The notes beneath the pieces were generated by a model. That model searched no databases. It was not told the DNA's origin and saw only the letters and a program-made list of their open reading frames with translations. Both the position numbers and the translations under genes were made by a program. Shown piece by piece: positions 37,966-49,560 of a DNA stretch of 64,000 nucleotides. The stretch is from contig NC_086101.1 in the NCBI RefSeq assembly GCF_963921235.1, positions 9,736,001 to 9,800,000 on the forward strand. The letters run 5' to 3'. Numbering within the stretch: position 1 is the first letter of the stretch; every line of letters starts with the position of its first letter. The DNA is from Mobula hypostoma. Taxonomy: Eukaryota.

Positions 37966-39900
37966 CGTTAGACCGTAAGACATATGAGCACAATTAGGCC
38001 ACTCAACCCATGAAGTCTTCTCATGTATAATTTATTTCCCCTGTCAACCCATATAGACCATAAGACCATACGATATAGGAGTAGAATTATGCCATTTGGC
38101 CCAACGAGCCTGCTGCACCTTTTCATCTTGGCTGATCCATTTCCCTCTCAGCCCCAATCTCCCCATTTCACTTCATGTCCTAACTAATGAAGAATCTATC
38201 AACTTCTGCCTTAAATATACCCACAGATTGACCTCCCTCTTCCTAAAGAAATTTCTCCTCATCTCCATTCTAAATGGGCATCCCTCTATTCTAAGGCTGT
38301 CCTCCAGTCTTCGACTCCTGTACCATAGGAAACTACTTTCCTCATATAATCTATCAAGGTCTTTTAACATTTGATAGGTTTCAATGAGCTCCCCGCCCCC
38401 CATCAGTCTTCTGACTTCCAGTGAGTACAGACTCAAAGCCATTAAACCCTCCTCATACGATACCCCTTTCATTCCCAGACTCAATTCATGAATCTCCCTT
38501 GAACACCACGCCCTAGCGGCCAACCGGAAAATGTTCCCTTCATTCCCACTTTTTCCCTCCTTCCAATCAGTTACACACCATCCATGCTAGTGTCTTTCCT
38601 GTAATACCATGTGCTCTTAATCTGTTAAGAAGCTTCATGTGAGGCATCTTGTCAAAGGTTTTCTAAAAATCCAAGTACCCAACATCTACCGATTCTCCTC
38701 TGTTCATCCTGCTTGTTATTTCTTCAAAGAATTCCAACAGATTTGCCAAGTAAGATTTTCCACTAAGGAAACAATGCTGACTTTAGCCTATTTTATCATG
38801 CGTCACCATGTATCCTCAAAGCACATCCTTAACAATCAACACCAACATCTTCCCAACCACTGAGGTCAGACTGGCTGGCCTATAATTTTTGTTTTCTGTC
38901 TCTCTCCCATCTTGAACAATGGAGTGACATTTGCAATTGTCCATTCCTCCAGAACCATGCCAGAATCCATTGATTCTTGAAGGATCATTACAAATGCCTC
39001 CACAATCTCTTCAGACACCTCTTTCAGAACCGTGGGGTGTACACCATGTGGTCCAGGTGATTTATCTTCCTTCAGACCTTTCAGTTTCCCAAACACCTTC
39101 TCCCTAGTAATGTCAACTTCACTCATTTCTGCCCCTTGATGCCCTGAAACTTCCAGAATCATGCTGATATCTTCCACGGTGAAAACTGATGCAAAAACTT
39201 ATTCAGTTCATCTGCCATATCATTGTCTCCCATTTCGACCTCTACAGCATCATTTTCCAGCAGTCCGTATCTACTCTCACCTCTCTTTTACACCTCATAC
39301 ATCTGAAGAAACTTTTGGAATCTCTTTTAATATTATTGACTAGCTTGGCTTTGTATTCCATCTTTACCTTCTTAATGACTTGTTTGTTGACTTTTGCTTG
39401 TTTTGAAAAGCTTCACAATCTTCTAACTTCCCTCTAATTTCTGCTCCATTACATATCCTCCCTTTGGCTTTTAAGTTGGCTTTGACTTCTCTTGACAGCC
39501 ATGGTTGCATCATCCTGCCTTTAGAATACTTCTTCTTTTCTGGGATGTATCTATCCGCACCTTCCAAATTTCTCCCAGAAACTGCAGCCATTGCTATTCT
39601 GCTGTCATCCCTGCTAGTTTTCCCTTGCAATCAATTATGGCCAGTTCCTCTCTCATGCTTCTGTAATTTCCTCTACTCCATTGTAATACTGATACATTTG
39701 ACTTTTAGTTTTTTCTTCTCAAATTGCAGGGTAAATTTTATCACATTATGATGACTGGCTCCTAAGGGTTCCTTGAACTTAAACTTTCTAAACAATTCCG
39801 GTTCATTGCACAACAATCAAATCAGAATAGCTGATCTCCTAGTGGGGTCAAACACCAGCTGCTCTGGAAAAACACCTCCTAGGCATTCTACAAATTCCCT
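37966..39900 (-). mobile_element. CR1 fragments filling most of tnf intron 3 (same orientation as the gene)
   Basis: Degraded ORF2 peptides ([19 protein letters not shown]) and two CR1 3' tails near 37970 and 38055. Confidence 0.85.
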
Positions 39901-40365
39901 CTCCACACTACCAACCACCACTATTTTATCATTTCCTGTCAGTCACCTTATAGACTGACACTCCTGTGCCCAGCGTCACTATATGGACATAAAATCAAAC
40001 TATATATAAACTAACTTATGTATGTATATTTATTATGTTTTTATTGTTGTATTCTTTATCTTATTGTTTTATTGTGCTGTATTGGATCCGGAGTAACGAT
40101 TATTTCATTCTCCTTTACACTTGTTTACTGGAAATGCTATTAAACAATCTTCAATCTCGAAAAATATTTGCCGCCAGTTTTGTTCTATCCCCAGTAGGGG
40201 CCGGATCAGTCCATCAGAGGCAAAGGATGGTCAATCCTATCACTCCATGGTCACAGCTGGCAGCTGTCTACCGTAGCCACGCTTACACTGATTAATGAAA
40301 CCTCAACAACTGATATGCACACCTACATAATAATAAATATGTATAATATAGTAATAGTTCCTTAC

Positions 40366-40431
40366 CGGTGAGGTGAGCAGCGATTTTCCGTCTCGGGTCG
40401 TCTCCCACCTGCTTAATGAGGTGAGGAAAGC
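40366..40431 (-). CDS. tnf: TNF-alpha-like gene, coding exon 3 (66 nt)
   Basis: Acceptor ctctcttgtctgtag| and donor ACCG|gtaagg. Encodes (G)FPHLIKQVGDDPRRKIAAHLT, including the A-A-H-L first strand of the TNF homology domain. Phase 1 to 1. Confidence 0.9.
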
Positions 40432-40709
40432 CTACAGACAAGAGAGGTTTTGTCAGTGCTGGTGGGAGTAACTCGGAGTGAGAACACACAGAAACTGAGG
40501 GAGAGAGAGAGGGAGAGGGAGGGGGGTGTGAGAGAGAAAGAGAGTTGAGAGTGGCACTCTAAGTAAATTTATTATCAAAGTATGTACATATCACCATATA
40601 GAGCCCTAAGATAAATTTTTGCAGGCATTTATACAAAAATAAAGAAATACAATAGAATTTATGAGAGGCACAGAGAGACTGACAAATAGAGTGAGAGATA
40701 AAGAATGAG

Positions 40710-40866
40710 AAACACACGAGATTCTGCAGATGCTGGAAAGCTTGAGCAACAAACACAAAATACAGGAGCAATTTAGCAGGTCATGCAGCATCTTTTGAGG
40801 GGAATAAACAGTCAACATTTCAGGCCTTCATCAGAACTAGAAAAGAAAGGGGAAGAAGCCAGAATA

Positions 40867-40950
<84 letters not shown>

Positions 40951-41390
40951 AGGGGGATGGGAGGAGGAGTACAAGTTGGCAGGTGATAGGTGAGGCCAGG
41001 TGAGGAGGAAAGGGAAAGGTAGGTGAGGTGGGGGGGGGGAGAAGTCGGATCTTGTAGGAAGCTGGGAGGCGAGAGGGAGGTAGTAAAGATAAAGGACTGA
41101 AAAAGAAGGAAATTGATAGGAGAGATCAGTGGGTCATGGAAGGAAGGGAAGGAGGAGGGAAACCAGTGGGAGGTGATGGGCCAGTGAGAAGAAGAAGGAG
41201 TGATAGGGTAACCAGAATAGGGAATGGAAAACCAGAGAGGGGGAGGGGGAGAAATTAAGAAAGTTAGGGTAATCGATGTTCATGCCATCAGGTTGGAGGT
41301 TACCCAGATGGAATATAAGGTGTTGCTCCTCTAGTGGCCTCAATGTGGCAGTAGAGGAGGACATGGGCTGACATGTCGGAATGAGAATGG
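40710..41390 (-). mobile_element. Penelope-like element 3' fragment in tnf intron 2
   Basis: LEEQHLIFHLGNLQPDGMNID peptide plus the family's pyrimidine-rich tail. Confidence 0.7.
40869..40940. repeat. Compound microsatellite (GT)22(GA)14 in tnf intron 2
   Basis: Read directly from the sequence; lies inside a Penelope-derived fragment. Confidence 0.95.
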
Positions 41391-42024
41391 GATTGGGTGA
41401 TGACTTCATAAAGAACGAGAGAGTGATGAAGATGGGAGAGAGATCATGAAAGAAAAAGAGATCGACTGATAAAGAGGGACATGAAGAAAGAGAGAGAGAG
41501 AAAGTTATAGATAAAGGAAGAAATGAAGAGGGGGAGAAGATAATGGAAGAGAGACAAGGGAGGGAGGGGGAGAATGACAGTGAACAGGAGAGAGTAAAGA
41601 CAGGGACAAGATAGAAAAGGCGGAGCACAGAAAAGTGAGCAATTAAAGTGAAAAAAGAAACAGTGAGAGATAAAGGGATGAACAGAAAGATAGAGTTGAA
41701 CAGAGGTAAAGATGGGCGGTGTGAAAGAGAGGGAGGGAAAGAGAAATAATCTGAGAACATTTGAGGGAAAGAATTGGAACAGAAATGGTGGGAGAGAGAT
41801 GATGAGAGGGAGGGCGGAAAGAGGGGGGAAAAGGAGGCAGGAAAAATAAGTGGGGGAATTAGAGAGAGTGAAAGAGGTTGGAGTACAAAGAAAGAGAGGA
41901 GGCGGTAGAGAAGAAGTAGAGAACTGACAGAGCAGCGGAGAGGCTTGGGAGAGAGAGGAAGACTAGAGGGACAGAGAGACTGGGCGTGGCTGGGGGACAG
42001 AGAGGGATGGACAACAGGCAAAGG

Positions 42025-42545
42025 GACAGGATGGAGAGGGATCTCCCGACAGGAGGAAAAGATCTCCCCTGGTCCAAACGGATGGAGATCTCAGGAAAGT
42101 ACGAAGGGAGATTTTGGGACGGGACAGAGAGAGAGAGAGAGATCCCGAAAGCAGATGGCGAAAGATTCTCGGGACCGGATGGAGAGATCACGGGAACGGG
42201 CAGAGGGAGATCCCAGTAACGGACGGAGAGAGATCCCGAGGCCCGTCGGAGGGAGATCCGAGGACTGGACGGTGAGAGATGCCGAGATCAGCCGGAGGAA
42301 GAGAGATCCCAAGATTGGACAAGGAAGATCCCAGATTTGGACGGAGGAAGATCGCGATAACGAACGGAGGGGTTATCAGAAATGGACGGAGACGGACGTT
42401 GAGACCGGACGGAGGGGAGGGGGTCCCAGGAATGTAAGAAGGGAGATCCCGAGACCGGACGGAGAGGCGATCCCGGGACAGGTAGAGGCATCCCAGTTCA
42501 GGAGAGAGAGAGATTCCGGGACTATTGTGTGGGAGATCCGGAAAC
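42025..42545. repeat. Degenerate minisatellite of roughly 20-22 bp units (ggacggagagagatcccgaga-like) in tnf intron 2
   Basis: Recurrent GGACGG...GAGATCCC units ending about 10 nt from the exon 2 donor. Confidence 0.8.
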
Positions 42546-42556
42546 AGGTTACTCAC

Positions 42557-42599
42557 CGTTACCTTGAGGAAAGCCGTCCGTCTCTCTCAGGACCGCCCT
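42557..42599 (-). CDS. tnf: TNF-alpha-like gene, coding exon 2 (stalk, 43 nt)
   Basis: Acceptor ctctctcggttcttccacag| and donor AACG|gtgagt. Encodes RAVLRETDGFPQGN(G). Phase 0 to 1 is what is needed to join exon 1 to exon 3 in frame. Too short for the ORF track. Confidence 0.78.
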
Positions 42600-43387
42600 C
42601 TGTGGAAGAACCGAGAGAGCAGGGGGTCAGTGCAGTCCGACATCCCTCAATTTGGAAAACTCCCGCATCCTTCCCCGTTGTTAACCGGAGCCTGACACGA
42701 CCCTTCTCTCATTCACTCTCTGCAGATAATCGGCACAGCAAACTACCAACATAAACCCGACCCAGATCTGTCCCGTTCTAAACTGCCCCGGTTAACCCTC
42801 GAACAGTGACTGGACATAATCTGTCGTTCATCTGCTGAGAATTCTATCATGTTGTTAAAGGACTATTGAATTGGTACGATTATGGACTCTTGACCTCACC
42901 AACTATAGTGCCTCGTTATAACCTTGCACCTTATTGTCTGCCTGCACTTTCTCTGTAACTGTAACACTTTATTCTGGAGTCGCATTGTCTTCCCTTGTCC
43001 TACCTCAATAATGAGCTGTGTAATGAATTGATCTGGATGAACAGCGTGCGAGACAAGCTTTTCGCCGTACCTTGGTCCGTGTAACAATAAAGACCCAATT
43101 TACCAATTTCTTGACGCCCCCCCTCCCCTCTGATTTTAAACGCTCGCTTTTGTTTTAAGCTAAAGAGCCGGCAGCTTTGCGCCCGAAATTCGCGGTGCGT
43201 TCGGCTGTCGAGGGAATTCAGCCAAATGCGGACGGCCGGACCCCTCCTGGCACCTTAAGGCGTAAATGGCAGGAAATTAGAGATGCTCGCGTGTTGAATC
43301 CCAACCGGGTTGGACGCAAGACAAAATTACAGTAAAATTCAGGCGGAACCTAAATAATTCTATGTTTAACTGTTGGGGGATACATAC

Positions 43388-43573
43388 CCCGTTTCCCTGT
43401 CCCGGTGTGGACGCTCCAACCACGCAGAATAACACATAGGAAGCCACGGCCGCCAGGCACACCGCTGAAACAATGCAGACAATCTTTAGGAAGCGGCCGG
43501 CCGCGAAGCCCCGCTTTCCCACTGAGTCGTCAGTGCCGTTCTCAAGCTCGGCTAGCATCCTCTCACTGCTCAT
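43388..43573 (-). CDS. tnf: TNF-alpha-like gene, coding exon 1 (cytoplasmic tail and type II transmembrane helix, 62 codons)
   Basis: ATG in context gcgacgATGa (A at -3). Encodes MSSERMLAELENGTDDSVGKRGFAAGRFLKIVCIVSAVCLAAVASYVLFCVVGASTPGQGNG. The N-terminus resembles mammalian TNF MSTESMIRDVE, followed by a hydrophobic segment. Ends at donor GGG|gtatgt, phase 0. Confidence 0.9.
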
Positions 43574-43591
43574 CGTCGCGGTTAGGTAGCA

Positions 43592-43699
43592 GGGATTTCC
43601 TGTCGCGTCTTCTCGCACTCTCTCTCTCTCCGTCGAACTGCCTCTCAGCGGCGGCCGTGGGCTGCGGCGTCATTTTAAAGCATCGGCTGGGAATTACCC
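43592..43699 (-). promoter_or_regulatory. Putative TNF core promoter: TATA-like box flanked by kB-like sites
   Basis: TTTAAAA on the minus strand at 43673-43679, about 100 nt upstream of the ATG. GGGAATTACCC at 43689-43699 and GGGATTTCC at 43592-43600. The surrounding 43100-43750 region is CpG-rich. Confidence 0.6.
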
Positions 43700-43749
43700 C
43701 CCGAGTCTCCGAGAATCGGTCAGAGGGTGTGCGCTACCCAGAGTGCGGA

Positions 43750-43963
43750 ACCTTTGTGTGTGAAACAGAGAGAGAGAATGTGTGGGAGAGCGGGAGAGCG
43801 TGTCAGTGTGTGTGTGGGAGAGAGGCTCTGTTTGCGTGTGTGTTTCTGAGAGGGGCAATATGTGTGGGAGGAATACTGTGAGGGAGAGGGAAGCTGAGAG
43901 TGTGTGCGTACGAGAGGGGGTATAGTGAGTGTAGGGTGAGTGTGTGTGTGAGCGAGAGTGAGG

Positions 43964-43998
<35 letters not shown>

Positions 43999-44610
43999 TT
44001 ATTGTGTGAGAGAGGGACCGAGCCTGTGTTTAAGAGAGAAAGGGGTCAATGTGCGAGAATGTTGCAAAAACGCAGATTGTGTGCAATAGTTTCTGACAGT
44101 ATGTGTGAATGACAGAGGCAGAGAGTGTGAGGGAGGGGCAGTGTGTGAGTGAGAGAGAGAATGCATGTTCAGGGGAGGGGGAAGGGCAGTGAGTGTGGAA
44201 GGAGAATCTACATGTGTGTGAGAGAGGGTGTGTGCGTGTGTGTGAGAAAGTGTGGGAAAGGGCAGACTATGAGATAGTGTCTGTGACAGTTTGTGTGAGA
44301 GAGTGAAAGATAGGGACAGAGTGTGAGAAAATTTGTGTGAGACGGGGACAGTGTGAGTGAGAGGAGAGAGTATGTGTGTGATAGAAAGAAGGAATGTGTG
44401 TGTAAGAGAGAGAGAAATAGAGAGACTGCACGTGTGAGAAAGTGAGGGAGTGTGAGAGAGCGGGACAGTATGTTTGAGACAGGAGGAGTGTGTGTGAGAG
44501 AGAGGGAGAGTGACTGTGTGTGTGAGAGAGGGAGAGTGACTGTGTGTGTAAGACAGGGAGACCGTATGTGAGAAAGAAAGGGAGACTGTGTTTATGTTTG
44601 TGTGCATGTG
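43750..44610. repeat. GT/GA low-complexity tract upstream of the tnf promoter
   Basis: Mixed (GT)n and (GA)n runs. Confidence 0.9.
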
Positions 44611-44626
44611 TCTCAGGGAACAAGTA

Positions 44627-44820
44627 GGCCGGCTGGTGGCGCGGTGGCATCAGCGCCGGACTCCGGAGCGAAGGCTCCAGAGTTTCAATCCAAGTCGGGC
44701 CGCCCGCCGAGCACGCTTTCCATCCGTGCCGGGTTGAGCGTCGAACTAGCCACTCGGCCTCGTAAAAAACAACCGTTCATATCGTGACCCAGTTAATCCT
44801 GACACTACGCACCAGACAAG
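44627..44820 (+). mobile_element. tRNA-derived SINE-like element
   Basis: A-box-like TGGCGCGGTGG and B-box-like GAGTTTCAATCC at tRNA-like spacing. CpG-rich. Confidence 0.6.
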
Positions 44821-47539
44821 AACAGCTGACTGGTGTGACACGCTAGGAAGGAAGGAAGGGAACAAGTGTGTGTGTGTGACGGGGGTGGGGGGACAGTGCG
44901 ATTCTCAGACAAGGAGAGCATCTGGAAACATATGAGAGGCAGAGTGAGAGTGTAAGAAATGTGGGTGGGTGAAAGTGTCAGAGTGGCATGGATAGAAAAT
45001 GAGAATATAGAAATGAGTGAGGGAATCAACAAGAAAGACTGAGCTGGAAAAACTGAGACAGAGAGTTTATGAAAGAGTATGGGAGGGAGAAAGTGACGGT
45101 GTAAGGTGTGAGAGATGGAGACAGCCTCACTTTCAAACCATTCACCAAAATTCTAATATTCCCATGGTCCCAGATCCAAGCACAAAATGAGCCCCTCTAT
45201 TCCTTACTGCAAGATTTACAATGGTCTGGGTCTCTCTACACCTCATCCAATACAACAGGTCACAGTGTGTAAAGTCACTTACTCACACAGCACTCCTTCA
45301 GTCCACCTCGGACCTAAATTGTCATTACGATGTGCTGAGGTTCACCAGATTCGCCACCCGCTGGCTCATCTCTGTTCTAAAGGGATATCCTTCTATGCTG
45401 AAGCTGTGCCCTCTGGTTCCAGACAGCCACACTATTGGGAAAATCCTTTCCACATCCACTCTATCTAGGCCTTTCAATATTTAATAGGTTTCAAAGAGGT
45501 AGCCTCCTCTGGACCCTCTCCAATGTCAGCATGATTTTTCTGAGATAGAGGGTCCAAATCTGCTCACAATACTCCAAATGCCTTCTTAAGGCTCAGCAGT
45601 TCATCCTTGCATTTAACTAGATTTTCACTTTGGTCTTTTTCAGGGAGCTGGTATCAAGGATCAACATTATTTGCCATATACATTTACATGTATTGGGAAT
45701 TTGCTATGGTGCATTGGTCAGAGGGCAGCATGCAATGGGAAACAAAAACATTTAACAATTAAAGGATTACAGTATGTATAAAATAAAGTTAGAAGTACAA
45801 ACATGGAGCAAAATGTGCATAAGTAGATAATTACAAACATGTATTTATGATGTAAACAACATTATAAAAAGTGGTTTAAAGTGTCTACACTGCAGAGAAG
45901 TAATGGGAAATAGAGGGGGAAGGGGCTAACTGGAATGGTTGATCAGGTTACCTACTGGCGGGGGGCGGGGTGCGGTGGAAGAAATGTTTAAGGTGGTGTA
46001 ATAAATTCTTTTGTTTCAATAGCCTTATAGCATTTTCCAGAAGGGAACTTTTGGAAAAGGCAGTCTGCAGCGTGTAGTTTGCATCCTGATGCTTTTGCCA
46101 TCCAAGATTGAAGATTGTTTAATGTTATTTCCTGTGTAAAGGAGAATTAAATATTTATTACTTGGGATTCGATGCAGCACAAAGGAACATAATAGGATAA
46201 CGAACACAGCAATCATAACTAATCACAAAAATATAAATACATAAGATAGCTTTTGTGCATAGATTGATCGTATGCCCATAAAGTGACGCTAGATGCAAGA
46301 GAGTCTGTACGTAGGTAACTCTGACAGTAGTGGTTGCGAGTGTGGAGGGGTGGGTTAGAGAGTGAAGATGTCACTGCTTGGCAAAAGTAACCGTGTTTGC
46401 GTCTGGTCAGCCTGGTATGGATGCTGTGTAGCCTCCTCCCAGATGGGATGGGGCAAACAGTCCATGAATAGGGTGTGTGGAATCCTTCATGGTGTTACTG
46501 GCCCCTTTCTGCCATATTTCTGTATCTATGTCCTTGTTGGTGGGTAGACTGCTGCTGGTGATGAATTGGGCAGTTTAGACTACCTGTGCAGAGCCTGCCT
46601 GTCTGAGCCGTGCTGCCTCCACACCAAGCAGTGACACAGCTTGTTAGGATGCTCTCTACTGCTCATCTGTAGATTGAAGTGAATATGGATATGTATAGGC
46701 CAGCTCTCCTCAGAAGGTAAATTGTTGCTTAGAAGTTAAGAATGTATAAAACTTGTTGCCTATGACCATTGTATTAAGTGTCACAAGACCAAAGAATAGA
46801 AAGGACAAAAGAAGAGCAGAAAAAGAGCAGCAGAAGGTTGCAATGAGCTCTTTGGGTCTGTGCAAGGTTTTAAGAGCAGCTGAATTGGTTAACTGATATT
46901 TAACAAGAGTCATTAATCATTGAGTTTTTCTTGAGCTTTTCTCGAGCAAGTCACTCTTTGTAACATTGTCTCCAGGTGCTTTCTATTTAAACTTGCTCTG
47001 TTTATTTTGATAAGTTTGTGGATTCCATGCTAGTTGTATCATTTAAGCGGATGCCTGATCAGCGCTGATCGCGGGGTCCTAGTTTTGAGAATGTTATGTC
47101 TTGCTATATCCTTCAGCTGAGTGACTGATGTTCTGTTGGGATTCTTGTGAATAAACTCAGGATGTCATCTTTACATCAGAGTCTGTCTTTCCTCTGCAAT
47201 TGGGTTCTGACATTGCCAGTGCATATTGTGACAAAGGTAATCTGGCCTTCTTGTACCAGACAACTGATAACAGAAAATTACATTCATAAGTTAATCAATT
47301 AAATAGCTAGATCCAAGCAATGTGATACCCACTGCTGAATCCAAGATGTTTTCAGAAAATACAGAGGGAACTCAAACAACTGAAACCCTCACTGAGCAGT
47401 CACATGTTTATGAGTGATTATATAAAAATACAAACAAACGTAAGAATGTTAATCTACAAGAAAAATAACAAATCCACTCCCCAAACCACCAGCAGGAAGT
47501 GTCCACAATGATTCTTCCTGCTGCTCTTTGTCCTGGACA

Positions 47540-48240
47540 CATACAAGGAACTTTGGAGTTCTTGCGCAGGATTCCCAAAAAGGTTAATTTGAGGGTACAT
47601 TCGGCAGTGAGGAAGGCAAATGCAATGTTAGCATTCATTTCGAGAGGACTGGAATATAAAAGCAAAGATGTGAAGTTGAGGCTTTATAAAGCACAGACGA
47701 GGCCTCGCTTGGAATATTGTGAGCAATTTTGGGGTGTGCTGACATTAGGGAGTGTATAAAGGAGGTTCAGAAAAAGAATTCTGTGATTGATAGGCTTATC
47801 ATATGAAGAGCTTTTGATGGCTCTGGGCTTGTTCTCACTGGAATTCAGCAGAATGGTGGGGGGAGATCTCATTGAAACCTGTAGAGCATTGAAAGCCATT
47901 GATAGAGTGAATGTGAAGAGGGTGTTTCCTGTGGTGGGGAGTCTAAGACCGGAGGACTTAGCCTTACAATAGAGAGGCCTCTGTTTAAATTGGAGATGAG
48001 AAGGAATTTCTTTAGCCAGATGGTGGTGCATTTGTGGAATTCATTGCCACAGGCAGCTGTGCAGGCCAAGTCTCTGGATATATTTAAGCCAGAGGTTGAT
48101 AGTGTCTTGATTAGTCAGAGCATGAAGAGATACGGGATGAAGACAGGAGATTGAGGCTGACAGAATCAGCCATGGCGAAATGGTAGGGCAGAATTAATGG
48201 GCCGAATGGCCTATCCTGCTCCTATATCTTATGGTCTACA
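47540..48240 (+). mobile_element. CR1 3' fragment
   Basis: AVRKANAMLAFISRGLEYKS and RPRLEYCEQFW peptides; cttatggtc tail. Confidence 0.85.
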
Positions 48241-48639
48241 TCCTGCGGTGATGGTAACCTGCAGCCAATGATCTTTCCTATGTACTTGCCAGTTCACTGT
48301 AGTTTTTCAGTATTGTGATAGGATTTTGCTCCAAATGAGCCAGTAATGGCTGATGTAAGTCATTATGTATGAACTACAGAGGTGGGCCCCAAGATCCCGC
48401 AGATTATTGCTGAGGGATGAATTTTGGCACAGAATTTCCCTGTACCTTGAATTGAGGCCAGTTTATCTTCCATACCCACCCCTCATGGCTTCAGAAAGAC
48501 AGCACCTCCATCACCACTGAAAGCTGATCTGGAGGACTGTACAGGTGCCCAACAAACAAAACCACTGTGGTGAGAGTGAAGACAAGAAGAGTTGCACTGT
48601 CTCTTGTGGCAGGACTACCATACAAGGGTTGGTTGAGTG

Positions 48640-49560
48640 GCTTGTAATGTCACACCATTCTGCACAGCCTTTGCCATCTCCAAAGCAATCCTACCACCAA
48701 GCATATCTTCACATCCCTACCTCCGTCCACTTTCCACAGGGATTGCTCCCTTCGTAACTCCCTTGTCTGTTCATCTCTCCCCACTAATTTTCTTCCTGTC
48801 ACTAATCCCTGCAAGCATTCAAAATGCTACACCTGCCCATTCACCTCCATTCAGGGCCCCAAACAATCCTTCCAGGTGAGGCAACACTCCACCTGCGAAT
48901 CTCCTGAGGTCAACTATTGAGTTCGTTTCTCCTGATGTGGCTCCCTCTACAATGGTGAGACCTGATGTAAATTGGGAGCTGCTTTGTCGAGCATCTGCGC
49001 TCCATCCGCCTGAAGCTGAACGTTCCATGGGCCAAATATTTTAATTCCTATCCCCACTTTTCTTGTGGCATGATGCGGTCAACATTAGGGCAGAGGAGCA
49101 ACACCCCATATTCTATCCGAGTAACCCACAACCTGATGGCATGAATATCGATTTCTCCTTCACGCGAAAGCAATATTCTTTCTCCCCCTTCCCTCTTCTT
49201 CTCTTCCACTCTGGGGACTCTCACCTCTCCTCACCTGCCTATCACCAACCCCCCCCCCTCGGGTACCCTCCTCTTTCCCTTTCTCGTATGGTTCACTCTC
49301 CTCTCCAATCGGATTCCTTCATTTTCAGCCCTTTACCCTTCCTCCCAGCCTGACTTCACCTATCACCGTCCAGCTATCCTCCTTCCCCTCCCCCCACCTT
49401 ATTACTCTGGCACCTTTTCCCTTCCTTCTCAGTCTCGAAGAAGTGTCTCAGCCCGAAACATCAGAGGTTCATTCATTTCTATGGATGCTGCCTGACCTGC
49501 TGAGTTCCTTCAGCATTTTGTGTGTGTTGCTTTGGATTTCCAGTATCTGCAGAATATCTC
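48640..49560 (+). mobile_element. Penelope-like element fragment (GIY-YIG endonuclease remnant)
   Basis: FQVRQH..C...CGSLY.GET and EEQHPIF...QPDGMNIDF remnants. Related copies at about 53970-54530 and 56900-57310. Confidence 0.75.

Noticed and set aside
37948..37993. ORF-track N-terminal extension MCSYVLRSNGFCQST of the TNF-domain ORF
   Set aside because: Intronic sequence upstream of the exon 4 acceptor.
41134..42754. 295-aa and 269-aa ORFs within tnf introns
   Set aside because: They arise from GA-rich low-complexity sequence and the intron 2 minisatellite, with no domain features.
43574..43618. Upstream in-frame start at 43618
   Set aside because: It is a GTG. The ATG at 43573 has a good context and matches TNF N-termini.
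46700..48600. Unassigned segments flanking a CR1 fragment as possible exons of an upstream gene such as LTA
   Set aside because: No consistent reading frame, splice-site pair or TNF-family motif found by eye.
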